From positions 1,888,001-1,952,000 of the forward strand of contig OZ220744.1 in assembly GCA_965116925.1 (NCBI GenBank): a DNA stretch of 64,000 bases, given 5' to 3'. Source of the stretch: Candidatus Poribacteria bacterium. GTDB taxonomy: Bacteria > Poribacteria > WGA-4E > PCPOR2b. This document shows positions 36,887 to 46,347 of this stretch, in pieces (the first letter of the stretch is position 1; each line of letters opens with the position of its first letter). The notes below the pieces were generated by a model. It ran no database searches and had not been told where the DNA came from. It was given only the letters and a program-made list of their open reading frames with translations. The translations under genes and the position numbers were made by a program.

Positions 36887-38119
36887 ATGAAAACCCACCC
36901 GGAGCATACTTGGGGACACACCCTCCCATTCGGGGAAGAGTACTATCAAAACGCAGTCAAATTATTGCAGAACATCCGTGATGATGCGGGGATTATGGCT
37001 GAAGTTGCGACAAAGGCGGCTGATGCTATCCGAACCGGCAACAAGGTCTATGCCAACATAACGACGGGACACATGCCAACATACGAGTTGGTGAACGATC
37101 GTGAGGGCAATCCGGCACAGTTTGAGTTTACCGGAGCGGATACGTGTACACCGGAGCAATTTGCAGCGATGCGAGCGGGCGATGTGCTACTCACCAACCA
37201 CGTCAGCGAAGCGGTACGAGATGCCCGTGATACCGGTGTGTATGTCGCTGTGTTCACCACCTGCTACGTCAACAACCGAGATACGCCTCCGGGAAAGGTT
37301 GTGCCGAACCCCCATGATTGGGTGCCAGAAGATGTGGCATCGCGTGTCATTGATTCGCATATTCCGTGGCATCAAGGGTTGGTGCGTGCACCTGCAATCC
37401 CAGAGATGGAAATTTGCCCTGGATCGGCAAACGGGACATGTGCGATCCACTGGATGATCACCGCTGAAGTTGCCCATACATTGGCGACGGATCGTCCACC
37501 AACGGGAGCTATTGGGCATCAGTATGTTGATATTCTCTTAGAGCGACTTACTGACGTTCATACTGAAGACCTAGACCACATCAACAAAATCGCGGTAGTA
37601 ATAGCAAAACGAATCATCGACGGTGGACATTACTACGTGCGGAGTCGGAACGAGGGGATTCAGAGTGAGGCAAATGGGGTGGCGCAAGGGTTGATGATGT
37701 GCAACGCTTTTGAACCACGTCCCGCGAGTGAGGGCGGTGATAAGGATGTTTTTCTGATTGCTGCGGTCAGTGCGAACGACCCACAAGAGCTTGCTTGGGC
37801 GGACGAAGCCCAAGCCAACGGTAACTACCTCGTCGGTATCGGACCTTCCAATAACGATGGACTGCGCGATCGTTGCGATGTCTACTTCGACAACCGTTGT
37901 GACGAGGCAGCTGGTGTTATCCCCATCCCCGGTCAGCCCGATAAAGTCTGCCCCGCCACCGGCATCCTCAACAACATTATCATGTACATGCTCACAGCAC
38001 AGTTTGTAGATGAGATGTGCCGCCGTGGTGCGGTTCCGTACTTCTTTATGGGTGCCTATCGTGACGGCAGTGATTATAATAGCGTGATGCGTCCCTTCTG
38101 TTTGGAACGTGGATATTAG
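36887..38119 (+). CDS. Hypothetical protein with probable tandem SIS (sugar isomerase)-like domains
   Basis: ATG 36887 (longer ORF runs into a REP); A..IRTGNKVY, IDSHIP.., KVCPATGILN resemble SIS folds. Confidence 0.6.
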   Translation: MKTHPEHTWGHTLPFGEEYYQNAVKLLQNIRDDAGIMAEVATKAADAIRTGNKVYANITTGHMPTYELVNDREGNPAQFEFTGADTCTPEQFAAMRAGDVLLTNHVSEAVRDARDTGVYVAVFTTCYVNNRDTPPGKVVPNPHDWVPEDVASRVIDSHIPWHQGLVRAPAIPEMEICPGSANGTCAIHWMITAEVAHTLATDRPPTGAIGHQYVDILLERLTDVHTEDLDHINKIAVVIAKRIIDGGHYYVRSRNEGIQSEANGVAQGLMMCNAFEPRPASEGGDKDVFLIAAVSANDPQELAWADEAQANGNYLVGIGPSNNDGLRDRCDVYFDNRCDEAAGVIPIPGQPDKVCPATGILNNIIMYMLTAQFVDEMCRRGAVPYFFMGAYRDGSDYNSVMRPFCLERGY

Positions 38120-38157
38120 TACACAGATAGGGTCATTTATGGTGAATTCTAAAACTA

Positions 38158-38509
38158 CTAAAGTTAGTACAATCTGTGTATTTTTCATGCAGCCTTATCA
38201 CGGGTTTTTTGAATATCGGTTGATTTGTTATTTTCATCGTTAGTCGCAGAAAATAACCGCCCCTCAATCAATGCAGAGAGATACTTAGCCATCAACCCGC
38301 GTGTCAACTTAGGGGGTCGATACCAATCAATGCCTAATGCTCGACACACTTGGTCAACGGTTATTGCCCCGTGTTTGGCATCAGGTGTATAGAATAGCCA
38401 TTAAGTCAAGCAGCTCGCCACGAAACTAAGTTGGACCAATCGATTGATACTTTGATGGGATTTAACACGATAGGTGTCAAATCCGAAGTTCTGCTTGACA
38501 TCTCGAAAT
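38158..38509 (-). pseudogene. Degenerate IS remnant (transposase 3' end plus terminal repeat)
   Basis: Homologous to 60450-60800; end CTAAAGTTAGTACAAT; in-frame TAA in SFVASCLT*WLF. Confidence 0.8.
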
Positions 38510-38924
38510 AAGGTATATGTCAACAACCTTGAAAGGCTACTTTTTCCCGCGTGGTACACCGCCTGTTTTTCCAAGAATTACCATAATGCGTCCATGTGGG
38601 CAAACTATGGAGACGGACATAAAGGAGCATGTCTGATTTTTGATTCTGCAATAACAGATGCACCTCATAGTTTATTTCCGGATCTGCGAAGTGTACCGGC
38701 TAAAGCAATATGGGGTTCAGATATTTCGTATGAAGCCAAACCTGTTGTTGAAAGGCATCATCTTCGGAATCAGGACCTCCGACGAAGACATATTGAGAAT
38801 CATTCATATTATTCAAGACAAAGGGCGGGATAATTTTGAGCTTTATCAGGCATACTACTCCCCAAGACATTGTGACATTCAAAAGGGTAGCTTGCCTCCG
38901 CGCTTTGAAAGGCTTACACGTTGA
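38510..38924 (+). pseudogene. DUF2971-family fragment, 5'-truncated and frameshifted
   Basis: ACFS...MWANYGDGHKGACLIFD in one frame and LKGIIFG in another. Confidence 0.6.
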
Positions 38925-38979
38925 AAACCAGCGAAATGACGAGAATTATTGATAAACCGCATCACTTGGTCGCACCTTA

Positions 38980-40449
38980 TCACTTCACTGCTTTCTTGGC
39001 TTCCTTGAACTTCTCTTTGGCAAATGCTCTCCATTCCTTCAGCTTCTGGTTACGGAAGTCTGGCTTTTGCCACTGGCTTTGAGGGGGCTCGGTCGCTGCC
39101 ATTTCTGTTGTTGAAACGTTGCCCCCTGTTTGTGCCGCTGCTTGTGTTGCTGGAACGTTACCCTCTCCCGGTGTTGGGCTCACATCAGGTATTTCAGACA
39201 GTGCTAGTGCCTCTGCTTCCGTGATTGGCACCTGACCCAAGATCTGAATCGCGGCAGCGCGCTTCTCTGGATCTTTGCTTTTATTGATGGCTTTCCATGC
39301 GCTGACCAGATCCTTGTGCGGTTCAATGACAAGCGCACCGATGAGATCTCCCACAATGTCCCACCGTATCCCACCTTTTACCGCATCGTAGTCAATCGGT
39401 GTCAGATCCAACTCAAACGGGTTAGCGGCAACACAGCGGTCTCCAAGTTCATCGTAGAGAGCCGGGATAACGCTGCTACGGTTCAATCCCCCTTTCCACT
39501 TCGGTCCCTCTGGGTCGGTGTCGCGTAACACCCACAGTTTTTGTGCTTCGTCCGAAAGGACAAAATCGAGGAATTTCTGGGCGACCGTCATATTGGGTGC
39601 CCCTTTAAGAATAGCGATTGAATCAGGACTGACAACCGCAGCGTCAGGCGGTACGACGTAATGAATTTTGTCTGCACCGATCTCGGCAATCTTACCGAAG
39701 GCGTAGAAGTCAATTGCCATGCCGTAGATGACCTGCCCCATCCCAACATCGGCGGGGATTACATTTGACCCTGCGGAAAATCCCCTGACATTCGCACCGA
39801 GCTGCGTAATTAACTCAAAGCCTTTCTCCCAGCCGTAGCCTTGCAAAATAAGTTCATACATCATGTGCGCGCTCCCGCTTTCGCGGGGATCAGCTGCGCC
39901 GACGCGGTTGATGAGTTTGGGGTGTGTCAGATCGCTCCATGTGTGGACTTCGGGTAGATTGAAAAGCGCCCGTAACTCCTCATTGTACATAATTCCAAAA
40001 CTTGACAGTGCTGCACCGTACCAACGGTATTCTGGATCATAGACGGGGATGCCAAAAATTTCTTTCGGGATTCGTGCCAACTGAGTTTCTGAGAGTTTGT
40101 AGGGGGCTAGCAAACCTTTAGCAGCGAGCTTGAGGTAGTTGTCTGTCCCGCCACCGAAAAAGAGATCTATCCCGATACCTTCGGGCAACCGCTTGAACTC
40201 TGATTCGATGAAACGAAAATCAGAAGAGGATCCGCCCTGATCCAGCCAATCGACAGTGACTTGGCGTCCTGTCTCCTTGGTGTACCACGCCTTAAAGGCG
40301 GTATCGAACTCTGTTTCGATCCCTTCCCAGTGTGGCGATATAATGACCAGTTTATCTTGGGCGGATGCAGTTTGTCCGCCGATCAGCGCGATGACAGTAC
40401 AAAGGGTGATGAGGGTTGCAAAAGTTAATCTATTCTTAAATTTTGACAT
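38980..40449 (-). CDS. ABC transporter substrate-binding protein (Fe3+/thiamine/2-AEP cluster)
   Basis: Signal peptide, LVIISPH, DLFFGGG, ADPRESGS, IAILKGAPN...AQKFLDFVLS. Confidence 0.85.
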   Translation of the reverse strand: MSKFKNRLTFATLITLCTVIALIGGQTASAQDKLVIISPHWEGIETEFDTAFKAWYTKETGRQVTVDWLDQGGSSSDFRFIESEFKRLPEGIGIDLFFGGGTDNYLKLAAKGLLAPYKLSETQLARIPKEIFGIPVYDPEYRWYGAALSSFGIMYNEELRALFNLPEVHTWSDLTHPKLINRVGAADPRESGSAHMMYELILQGYGWEKGFELITQLGANVRGFSAGSNVIPADVGMGQVIYGMAIDFYAFGKIAEIGADKIHYVVPPDAAVVSPDSIAILKGAPNMTVAQKFLDFVLSDEAQKLWVLRDTDPEGPKWKGGLNRSSVIPALYDELGDRCVAANPFELDLTPIDYDAVKGGIRWDIVGDLIGALVIEPHKDLVSAWKAINKSKDPEKRAAAIQILGQVPITEAEALALSEIPDVSPTPGEGNVPATQAAAQTGGNVSTTEMAATEPPQSQWQKPDFRNQKLKEWRAFAKEKFKEAKKAVK

Positions 40450-40545
40450 AGTGATATATCCTTGTTAGTGAGGTTGTGAATGATGCGAATCTCACAAATC
40501 GTGTGGATTTGAATCCGCATTTATCAGGTGAATCGGTGGTAGCAG

Positions 40546-40677
40546 TTAGACGGGCAGCCAGCGGACAATTGCTGACATTTTCCACATCATAATCAGAATT
40601 ATTGCTAGCAAAATAAGATACCATATAACGCGCTTCCATGAGCCCCTGCGTCGAACGGGACGATCTGAAAGTTTCAT
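40546..40677 (-). CDS. Small single-TM membrane protein (43 aa), below the ORF-track cutoff
   Basis: MKLSDRPVRRRGSWKRVIWYLILLAIILIMMWKMSAIVRWLPV; AGGAGG upstream. Confidence 0.6.
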   Translation of the reverse strand: MKLSDRPVRRRGSWKRVIWYLILLAIILIMMWKMSAIVRWLPV

Positions 40678-40738
40678 TCTGTCAGTTTACCTCCTGTGAG
40701 TTGTTAGTATAGTTTTATCATATGATGCGATGACAGGA

Positions 40739-41767
40739 CTATTGACTTGCCTCTGCCATTGTGATCCATTCGGTTTCTGGGGTTGTCGGTATCAAGCGAT
40801 AAAGTAACTTTGCTTCAATCTGTTCTGTATCGTTGATGATATACACAAACGCTCGCGTTTCACCCGGTGATATTCGTTTGGTTTCGGGTTTTTCCGATGC
40901 GGCCGAGATGAAAGTTTGCTCATGGCGACTCACTGTTCCGGTGGCGTCGGAGATTTTCACGTCGAGGATAATCGCGCGTAAGGCTTCACCCGGGAGCAGA
41001 TGTCCCGCCTTATTGGTCAGGTGAATCGTCGCTTTGCCCTCTGCACGGACGATTTTCAGATTTGCGGCACTCTTGAGTTTACTAACACTACGACTTCCCG
41101 CCCATGTGTGCCGCCGGATCGTAACAGTCTCGTAGCTATGGACGCTTAGCGTCCGTTTGACGGCGGGCATGTGGCAGGAAGCACAGTTCAGTCCCTTTTC
41201 TGCTGCGGGACTGTTTCTGAAGCTAGCGACCTGATTATGTTCAGGCACACTCGGTTGACCGTGGCAAGTCGCGCACAGTTCTGTCGGCTTGGCGTGAGCC
41301 TCGGAAGTCACGTTCGCGTGGTACATCGGATTGGTGCTCTTGTGCGGTCCGTGCATTGCACCGTGTGCGTCGATATGGCATACGATACAAGAGACACCGT
41401 ACTCCCGATCTTCCGCTCGTAGTTTCGGCATTTTGCCGATACCGGTGATTAAAATCGGTTCGGGGGCGTGGCACGGATCACACTTCTTCTCCCGATCTTC
41501 GACCTGACTCGCAGCTTCTTGGTAGATTGGATCCTCCCACGCTTTTGCGTGCATTGACCTCTCCCACTCGCGCCAGATTGCCGGGTGACATCGCTTGCAC
41601 ATCTTTTTCTGTGTAAAATCTCGGTAGATGTCATCGTAGCCGAGATAGCTAGGCTCGAAGATTGAGTCATCTTCCGTTTCGTCAGCAGTCTCTACTTGTG
41701 CACAGAACATTATGAGTGCGAGGAGTAGACAGATCAGTGCTATTCGTATAGTTAAAGCTGATATCAT
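40739..41767 (-). CDS. Pentaheme c-type cytochrome (c554/c552-like)
   Basis: Five CxxCH motifs (CKRCH, CDPCH, CIVCH, CATCH, CASCH); N-terminal signal/TM; ATGA overlap with hemY stop. Confidence 0.85.
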   Translation of the reverse strand: MISALTIRIALICLLLALIMFCAQVETADETEDDSIFEPSYLGYDDIYRDFTQKKMCKRCHPAIWREWERSMHAKAWEDPIYQEAASQVEDREKKCDPCHAPEPILITGIGKMPKLRAEDREYGVSCIVCHIDAHGAMHGPHKSTNPMYHANVTSEAHAKPTELCATCHGQPSVPEHNQVASFRNSPAAEKGLNCASCHMPAVKRTLSVHSYETVTIRRHTWAGSRSVSKLKSAANLKIVRAEGKATIHLTNKAGHLLPGEALRAIILDVKISDATGTVSRHEQTFISAASEKPETKRISPGETRAFVYIINDTEQIEAKLLYRLIPTTPETEWITMAEASQ

Positions 41768-43209
41768 TTTGGTCCTTGTTCCAGAAGAAGGGATGCTGCT
41801 TGCTCCCCGCTGTTGATGCAATCGGGGATACCGATTCCGCGATAGGCGTTTCCGGCGAGTGCAAAGCCGGGTAGTTTTTTTGTCTGCGCCTCGATTTCCT
41901 CCACCAGATCCAGATGCCCCAGATGGTATTGCGCCATTGCGTTCGGGTGTTTGTACACGAGAACCAACTGCGGATCCCCTTTGAGTCCTAGCAGTTCGTG
42001 CAGTTCTGTGAGCACCGATTCGACCATCTCCGATTCCGAGCGGTTGAAATACACCTCTCCCTTGCTTCCCGCTCCGCCCACATATGCCCGTAACAGCGCG
42101 TAATCCTCTGGTGCCCGTCCCGCAAGTTTGACGCTGCTAAATGTGCATCCGATAATCGAGCGTTCCTCAACCGCAGGTACAACAAAACCCGCTCCGTTGA
42201 GGGGGTGTTCAATATCCGTGCGACGGAAAGCGAGATTAACAATGGCGGAGGAGGCGTAGGGAATAGAAGCGAGGGATTCCGACAAACTTGGAGCGATTTT
42301 TTTTACCAAACCCGCTGCACCGTATGCTGGGAGGGCAACGCAGACCAGATCACTCTCCACCCCTTCCCCATTCGCGAGGTGGACGTTCCATTTTCCCGTC
42401 TGATCTTGGTAATCCAGAGAATTGACTTTCGTTCCAAGTTGTATGCAATCGTCGGGCAGACGCTCGGCAAGGGTATCGGTCAGGGTCTGCATCCCATCTT
42501 TGAAAGAGAGGAACAAGCTGTAGCGGGCACCGCTTGTTCCGCTAGCTCCACCTTGGGATTCTTTCTTGCGTGCCACTAAGGCTTTGATAATGCTGCCGTG
42601 CTTCTTCTCCATCTCAAGGAATTGTGGCATCGTGGCTTTGAGGCTTAGGTCTTTTCCGTCTGCGGTGTAGATGCCGCCTATCATCGGTTGTGCTATCCGC
42701 GTGAACGCTTCCTTTCCTAACCGACGTGTGATGAAACCTTCTAACGATTCATCGTCGTCGCTTCGTCGGCGGGGTATGACCCAATCTAAGCCCATCCGCA
42801 GTTTCCCGCCCCAACTGAAGATTGGGGTCTTGACAAAGGGCATAAAGGAAGCGGGTGCCATCAGGTAGAAGCCATCAGGTACAGGGTACAGCTTGCCTTT
42901 GCGTAGGACGAAGCTGCGTCGTTCCCTCGAATTCGTGCTAAGAAACTGATCTGCGATGCCCAACTCTTCGGACAGGGCTTTTGCCCACGGTTTTGTGGAG
43001 ATGAAAACGTCGGGACCGTGTTCGATGACAAAGCCGTCCTGTTTGGACGTGTGAATTGCGCCCCCGACACGATCTCCTGCTTCGAGCAATTTCACATCAA
43101 GGGGAATGTTACGCTTGGCTGATTCAGTTACCAAGCGGTAGCATGTCGTCAGCCCGGCGATACCACCACCGATGACGATAGCCTGTTTGCGGTTTGAATT
43201 GTTTGACAT
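41764..43209 (-). CDS. hemY: Protoporphyrinogen/coproporphyrinogen oxidase, HemY type
   Basis: VIGGGIAGL FAD motif, EHGPDVF, QPMIGGIY, GNAYRGIGIPDCI. Confidence 0.9.
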   Translation of the reverse strand: MSNNSNRKQAIVIGGGIAGLTTCYRLVTESAKRNIPLDVKLLEAGDRVGGAIHTSKQDGFVIEHGPDVFISTKPWAKALSEELGIADQFLSTNSRERRSFVLRKGKLYPVPDGFYLMAPASFMPFVKTPIFSWGGKLRMGLDWVIPRRRSDDDESLEGFITRRLGKEAFTRIAQPMIGGIYTADGKDLSLKATMPQFLEMEKKHGSIIKALVARKKESQGGASGTSGARYSLFLSFKDGMQTLTDTLAERLPDDCIQLGTKVNSLDYQDQTGKWNVHLANGEGVESDLVCVALPAYGAAGLVKKIAPSLSESLASIPYASSAIVNLAFRRTDIEHPLNGAGFVVPAVEERSIIGCTFSSVKLAGRAPEDYALLRAYVGGAGSKGEVYFNRSESEMVESVLTELHELLGLKGDPQLVLVYKHPNAMAQYHLGHLDLVEEIEAQTKKLPGFALAGNAYRGIGIPDCINSGEQAASLLLEQGPK

Positions 43210-43212
43210 TTC

Positions 43213-44949
43213 CTACCATCCAATTGCATAAGATGTGGATCTTGGATCCGCTCCACCGGCACGGACGCCGGTATCGGGATCGACGGTGATAGCGCAGACA
43301 CAACTGACCGATCCCCAGTCCTGATTATCGTGGACGATATGCCCGCGTTCTCTTAAAACCTCTCGCACTTGTGGATCAACACGCGCTTCAACGGTCACCT
43401 CACCCGGCTGAATGCCGTGGGGCCAGAAGGAGTTGGGGAAACTATGTGTGATAGCGCGGGGTGCCTCGATAGCCTCCTGGGGCTCCATCCCGAATTCAAC
43501 GATATTGAGGAAGACCTGTAGCATCCCCTGAACCTGTGCATCGCCGCCGGGGCAGCCGAAAGGCATGAACGGTTTTCCATCTTTGAGACTTAGCGCAGGG
43601 TTCGGCGTGAGGCGTGGACGTTTCCACGGCTGCAGACAACAGGGGTGGTTTGGGTCGAGCCACGTCTGTGTGCCGCGCGACGAGATTGGGAAGCCCAAGC
43701 CCGGAACGACCGGCGTCCCCCCAACGCCATCCGACGGTGTCGCTGAAAAAGCGTTGCCGGCTTCATCAACCACGCAGATGTAACTGGTATCTGTCTCCCA
43801 TTCCGATGTGTATTCAGGTTGGGGACGATCTGGATTCAAGGCTGGGAACGGACCATTTTCACGACGGGGTTCGGGATGGAATTGCCACGGATTGCCGGGA
43901 GCCGGCATATCGGGTGCGGCGTGCTGTGGGTCAATAGCTGCGCGTCGTTCGGCGGCATATCTTCCATCTAACAATCCTGCCATCGGCACCTGTACAAAAT
44001 CGGGGTCGCCGAAGTATGCGTGGCGATCCGCGAAGGCGAGTTTGAGAGATTCAACCACGGTGTGGAGATAGTCTGCGGTGTTGTGTCCAACCTCCTTTAG
44101 GTCAAAACCTTCGACGATCTTCAGTGCCATGTTTAGCGTGGGGCCTTGACACCATGGACCGCAGGTGTAAACGTCATAGCCTCTGTAGGTGATATGCTCC
44201 GGCGGCTCGACGCGCACTGAAAACGCTGCCAGATCTTCGTAGGTCAGCAGACCGCCCTCCGCTCGATAGAAATCGGCGATTTCGTGGGCGATTTCACCCT
44301 TATAGATTAGGTCGCGTGCTGCACGGATGCCGGCGTGGCGGTCTCCACTACCTTTGCGCTCGGCTTCGATCATCCGCTTGAAGGTTTCCGCGAGATCTTT
44401 CTGGACGAAGATCTCTCCAATTTGTGGCACATGCCCACCCGGGTTGTAGGATGCGGCGGTTGTGGGGCAATTTTTCACGCCGTCTCCGCTCACCAATCCG
44501 TAAAACTGATCATCCACAGGTCTCCCGTTTTCGACGAGGTCTAGGGCGGGTTGGATGACCTCTTCAAATGTCATTGTGCCGAATCGCGCAAGTGCCGTCA
44601 GCCATCCATCGGGGGCAGCGGGCATGACCGTCCGCAGAATCCCAGCCGGCAGATCGCCATCGTGATGTTCATGGAAGTAGTCCATCGTCGCAGCACGGGG
44701 CCACCGTCCAAGTCCGCTAACCGTTTCAACGGGTTCGCCTGACGCGGGACAATAGATAATGGGTGCAACGCCCCCAAAATGTGCGGATCCGGGCTGCAGG
44801 ACATTGATACAGATTCCGGTTGCGACACCGGCGTCGGCGGCGTTGCCTCCACTTTCGAGGATGCGAACCCCCGCCATCGTTGCGAGATAGTGAAGCGATG
44901 AGACAAGATAACGTTTTCCTCGGAATGAGGGGCGATGACTGTTTGGCAT
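43213..44949 (-). CDS. ggt: Gamma-glutamyltransferase family Ntn hydrolase
   Basis: GGNAADAG, DTSYICVVD autoprocessing Thr, PWKRPRLT, PGGDAQVQ, GGADPR. Confidence 0.9.
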   Translation of the reverse strand: MPNSHRPSFRGKRYLVSSLHYLATMAGVRILESGGNAADAGVATGICINVLQPGSAHFGGVAPIIYCPASGEPVETVSGLGRWPRAATMDYFHEHHDGDLPAGILRTVMPAAPDGWLTALARFGTMTFEEVIQPALDLVENGRPVDDQFYGLVSGDGVKNCPTTAASYNPGGHVPQIGEIFVQKDLAETFKRMIEAERKGSGDRHAGIRAARDLIYKGEIAHEIADFYRAEGGLLTYEDLAAFSVRVEPPEHITYRGYDVYTCGPWCQGPTLNMALKIVEGFDLKEVGHNTADYLHTVVESLKLAFADRHAYFGDPDFVQVPMAGLLDGRYAAERRAAIDPQHAAPDMPAPGNPWQFHPEPRRENGPFPALNPDRPQPEYTSEWETDTSYICVVDEAGNAFSATPSDGVGGTPVVPGLGFPISSRGTQTWLDPNHPCCLQPWKRPRLTPNPALSLKDGKPFMPFGCPGGDAQVQGMLQVFLNIVEFGMEPQEAIEAPRAITHSFPNSFWPHGIQPGEVTVEARVDPQVREVLRERGHIVHDNQDWGSVSCVCAITVDPDTGVRAGGADPRSTSYAIGW

Positions 44950-45007
44950 GGGTGTTTCTCCTCTCTTAAGAAATCAGAAATTTTTACGATAAGCGTATAA
45001 AACCAAT

Positions 45008-45250
45008 GGTGCTAGTTTGCAGCTGTTGATAACGTGAAACGTGATGTGTGAAACGTAAAAATCATGGATTCAGCGGTTCATTTAGCCCCAGAGGGGCGAC
45101 ATGTCTATAGCACACAGATAAACAAATATCCTAAAGCCCCAGCGGGGCGACATGTGTATCCAAAGGGTGGAATATAAGAAGAGCGACAACCAATTAATGA
45201 ACCAATGAACTTTTGAACAATATAAAAAACTTTCTCACTAAACTAGCACC
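45008..45250. mobile_element. MITE with GGTGCTAGTTT / AAACTAGCACC ends carrying two REP hairpins
   Basis: 11-bp terminal inverted repeat; internal AGCCCCAG.GGGGCGACATG x2. Confidence 0.65.
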
Positions 45251-45323
45251 AAAAGTTATAAAATCAAACGCATAAACGCAACAGCGCGAAGATGCAAGGG
45301 TTTGATGAGTTTCTTAGGTTAAA

Positions 45324-46310
45324 TTAGGCGTCTGGAACTTCCCAATCTAGTAGCACCCCCAACGCTTCGTTCATTCGGGTGTAGAGCAGGTCAAATGCAG
45401 CGGCGGCTTCGGTATAAGGGAAACGGTGGGTTGTCATTTTCTCTGTCTGGATAGCACCGGAACCGAGTAGCTGCATCGCTCGCAGCGCGACGCCAGCGGG
45501 AACGACTTGACCATAATAGCCGCCCAGCAGTTTCCGCCGCTGAATCTTACTCGACATGAGCGGCAACGGTTGATGTTCATATAAGCCGATCAGATGTAGC
45601 AGCCCACCGACCGCTAGCATATCCAAGCCTTGATCGAAGGCTTTCGGTCCTGCGGGACCACCGACAGCATACGCTACTATGTTCGCGCCGACCCCGTTGG
45701 TGAGCTTCCGAACGGCTCGGACGGGATCTTCGTCACTAGCATTGATAACCGCGTCTGCACCTAATTCCTCAGAGAGCGCACATCGGCTATCAAGCGCGTC
45801 CACCGTGATGATACGTCCACGTCCGTTGGCTTTTGCAACCTGCATCAGGAGGCTGCCGACCAGCCCCTGTCCGATGATGACAACTGTATCATACGGCTGG
45901 ATGTCCTCTATATCTACCCAAGACACTGCCCCGGAGGTCAACGGATAGTAGGGGGCTTGGTCGAAATTCACAGACGGCAGCATGGGAACGACTTGTGCCT
46001 GATCTTGGGGTGAACTCAAACGGACGGGACGGACGGTGTATTGTGCGTGCGGTGCTGAAGCGACAACCCGGTCGCCGACGTTGTAGTGGTCGACTCCTTC
46101 ACCGACGGCGTCAACGATTCCTGCGAGTGAATATCCCATGCTTTCAGGGTTGACCGCATATTCGCGGGTATACCGTCCTCCCATCTCTGAACCGCGACTG
46201 ATAAGACTCCGCACCGCTTTGACGCGGACCTCGCCGGGCCCGGGTTCAGGCATAGGCGCGTCTTCGATAACAACGTTAAATTTCCCTTCTGGCTTGGCGA
46301 CTCGTTTCAT
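45324..46310 (-). CDS. MDR (zinc-binding alcohol dehydrogenase superfamily) oxidoreductase
   Basis: SLISRGSE, GYSLAG.V, IIGQGLVG Rossmann motif. Confidence 0.85.
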   Translation of the reverse strand: MKRVAKPEGKFNVVIEDAPMPEPGPGEVRVKAVRSLISRGSEMGGRYTREYAVNPESMGYSLAGIVDAVGEGVDHYNVGDRVVASAPHAQYTVRPVRLSSPQDQAQVVPMLPSVNFDQAPYYPLTSGAVSWVDIEDIQPYDTVVIIGQGLVGSLLMQVAKANGRGRIITVDALDSRCALSEELGADAVINASDEDPVRAVRKLTNGVGANIVAYAVGGPAGPKAFDQGLDMLAVGGLLHLIGLYEHQPLPLMSSKIQRRKLLGGYYGQVVPAGVALRAMQLLGSGAIQTEKMTTHRFPYTEAAAAFDLLYTRMNEALGVLLDWEVPDA

Positions 46311-46347
46311 TCACCCTTCCTTTCTACGCCGCGTTGGCGTTTGGTCA

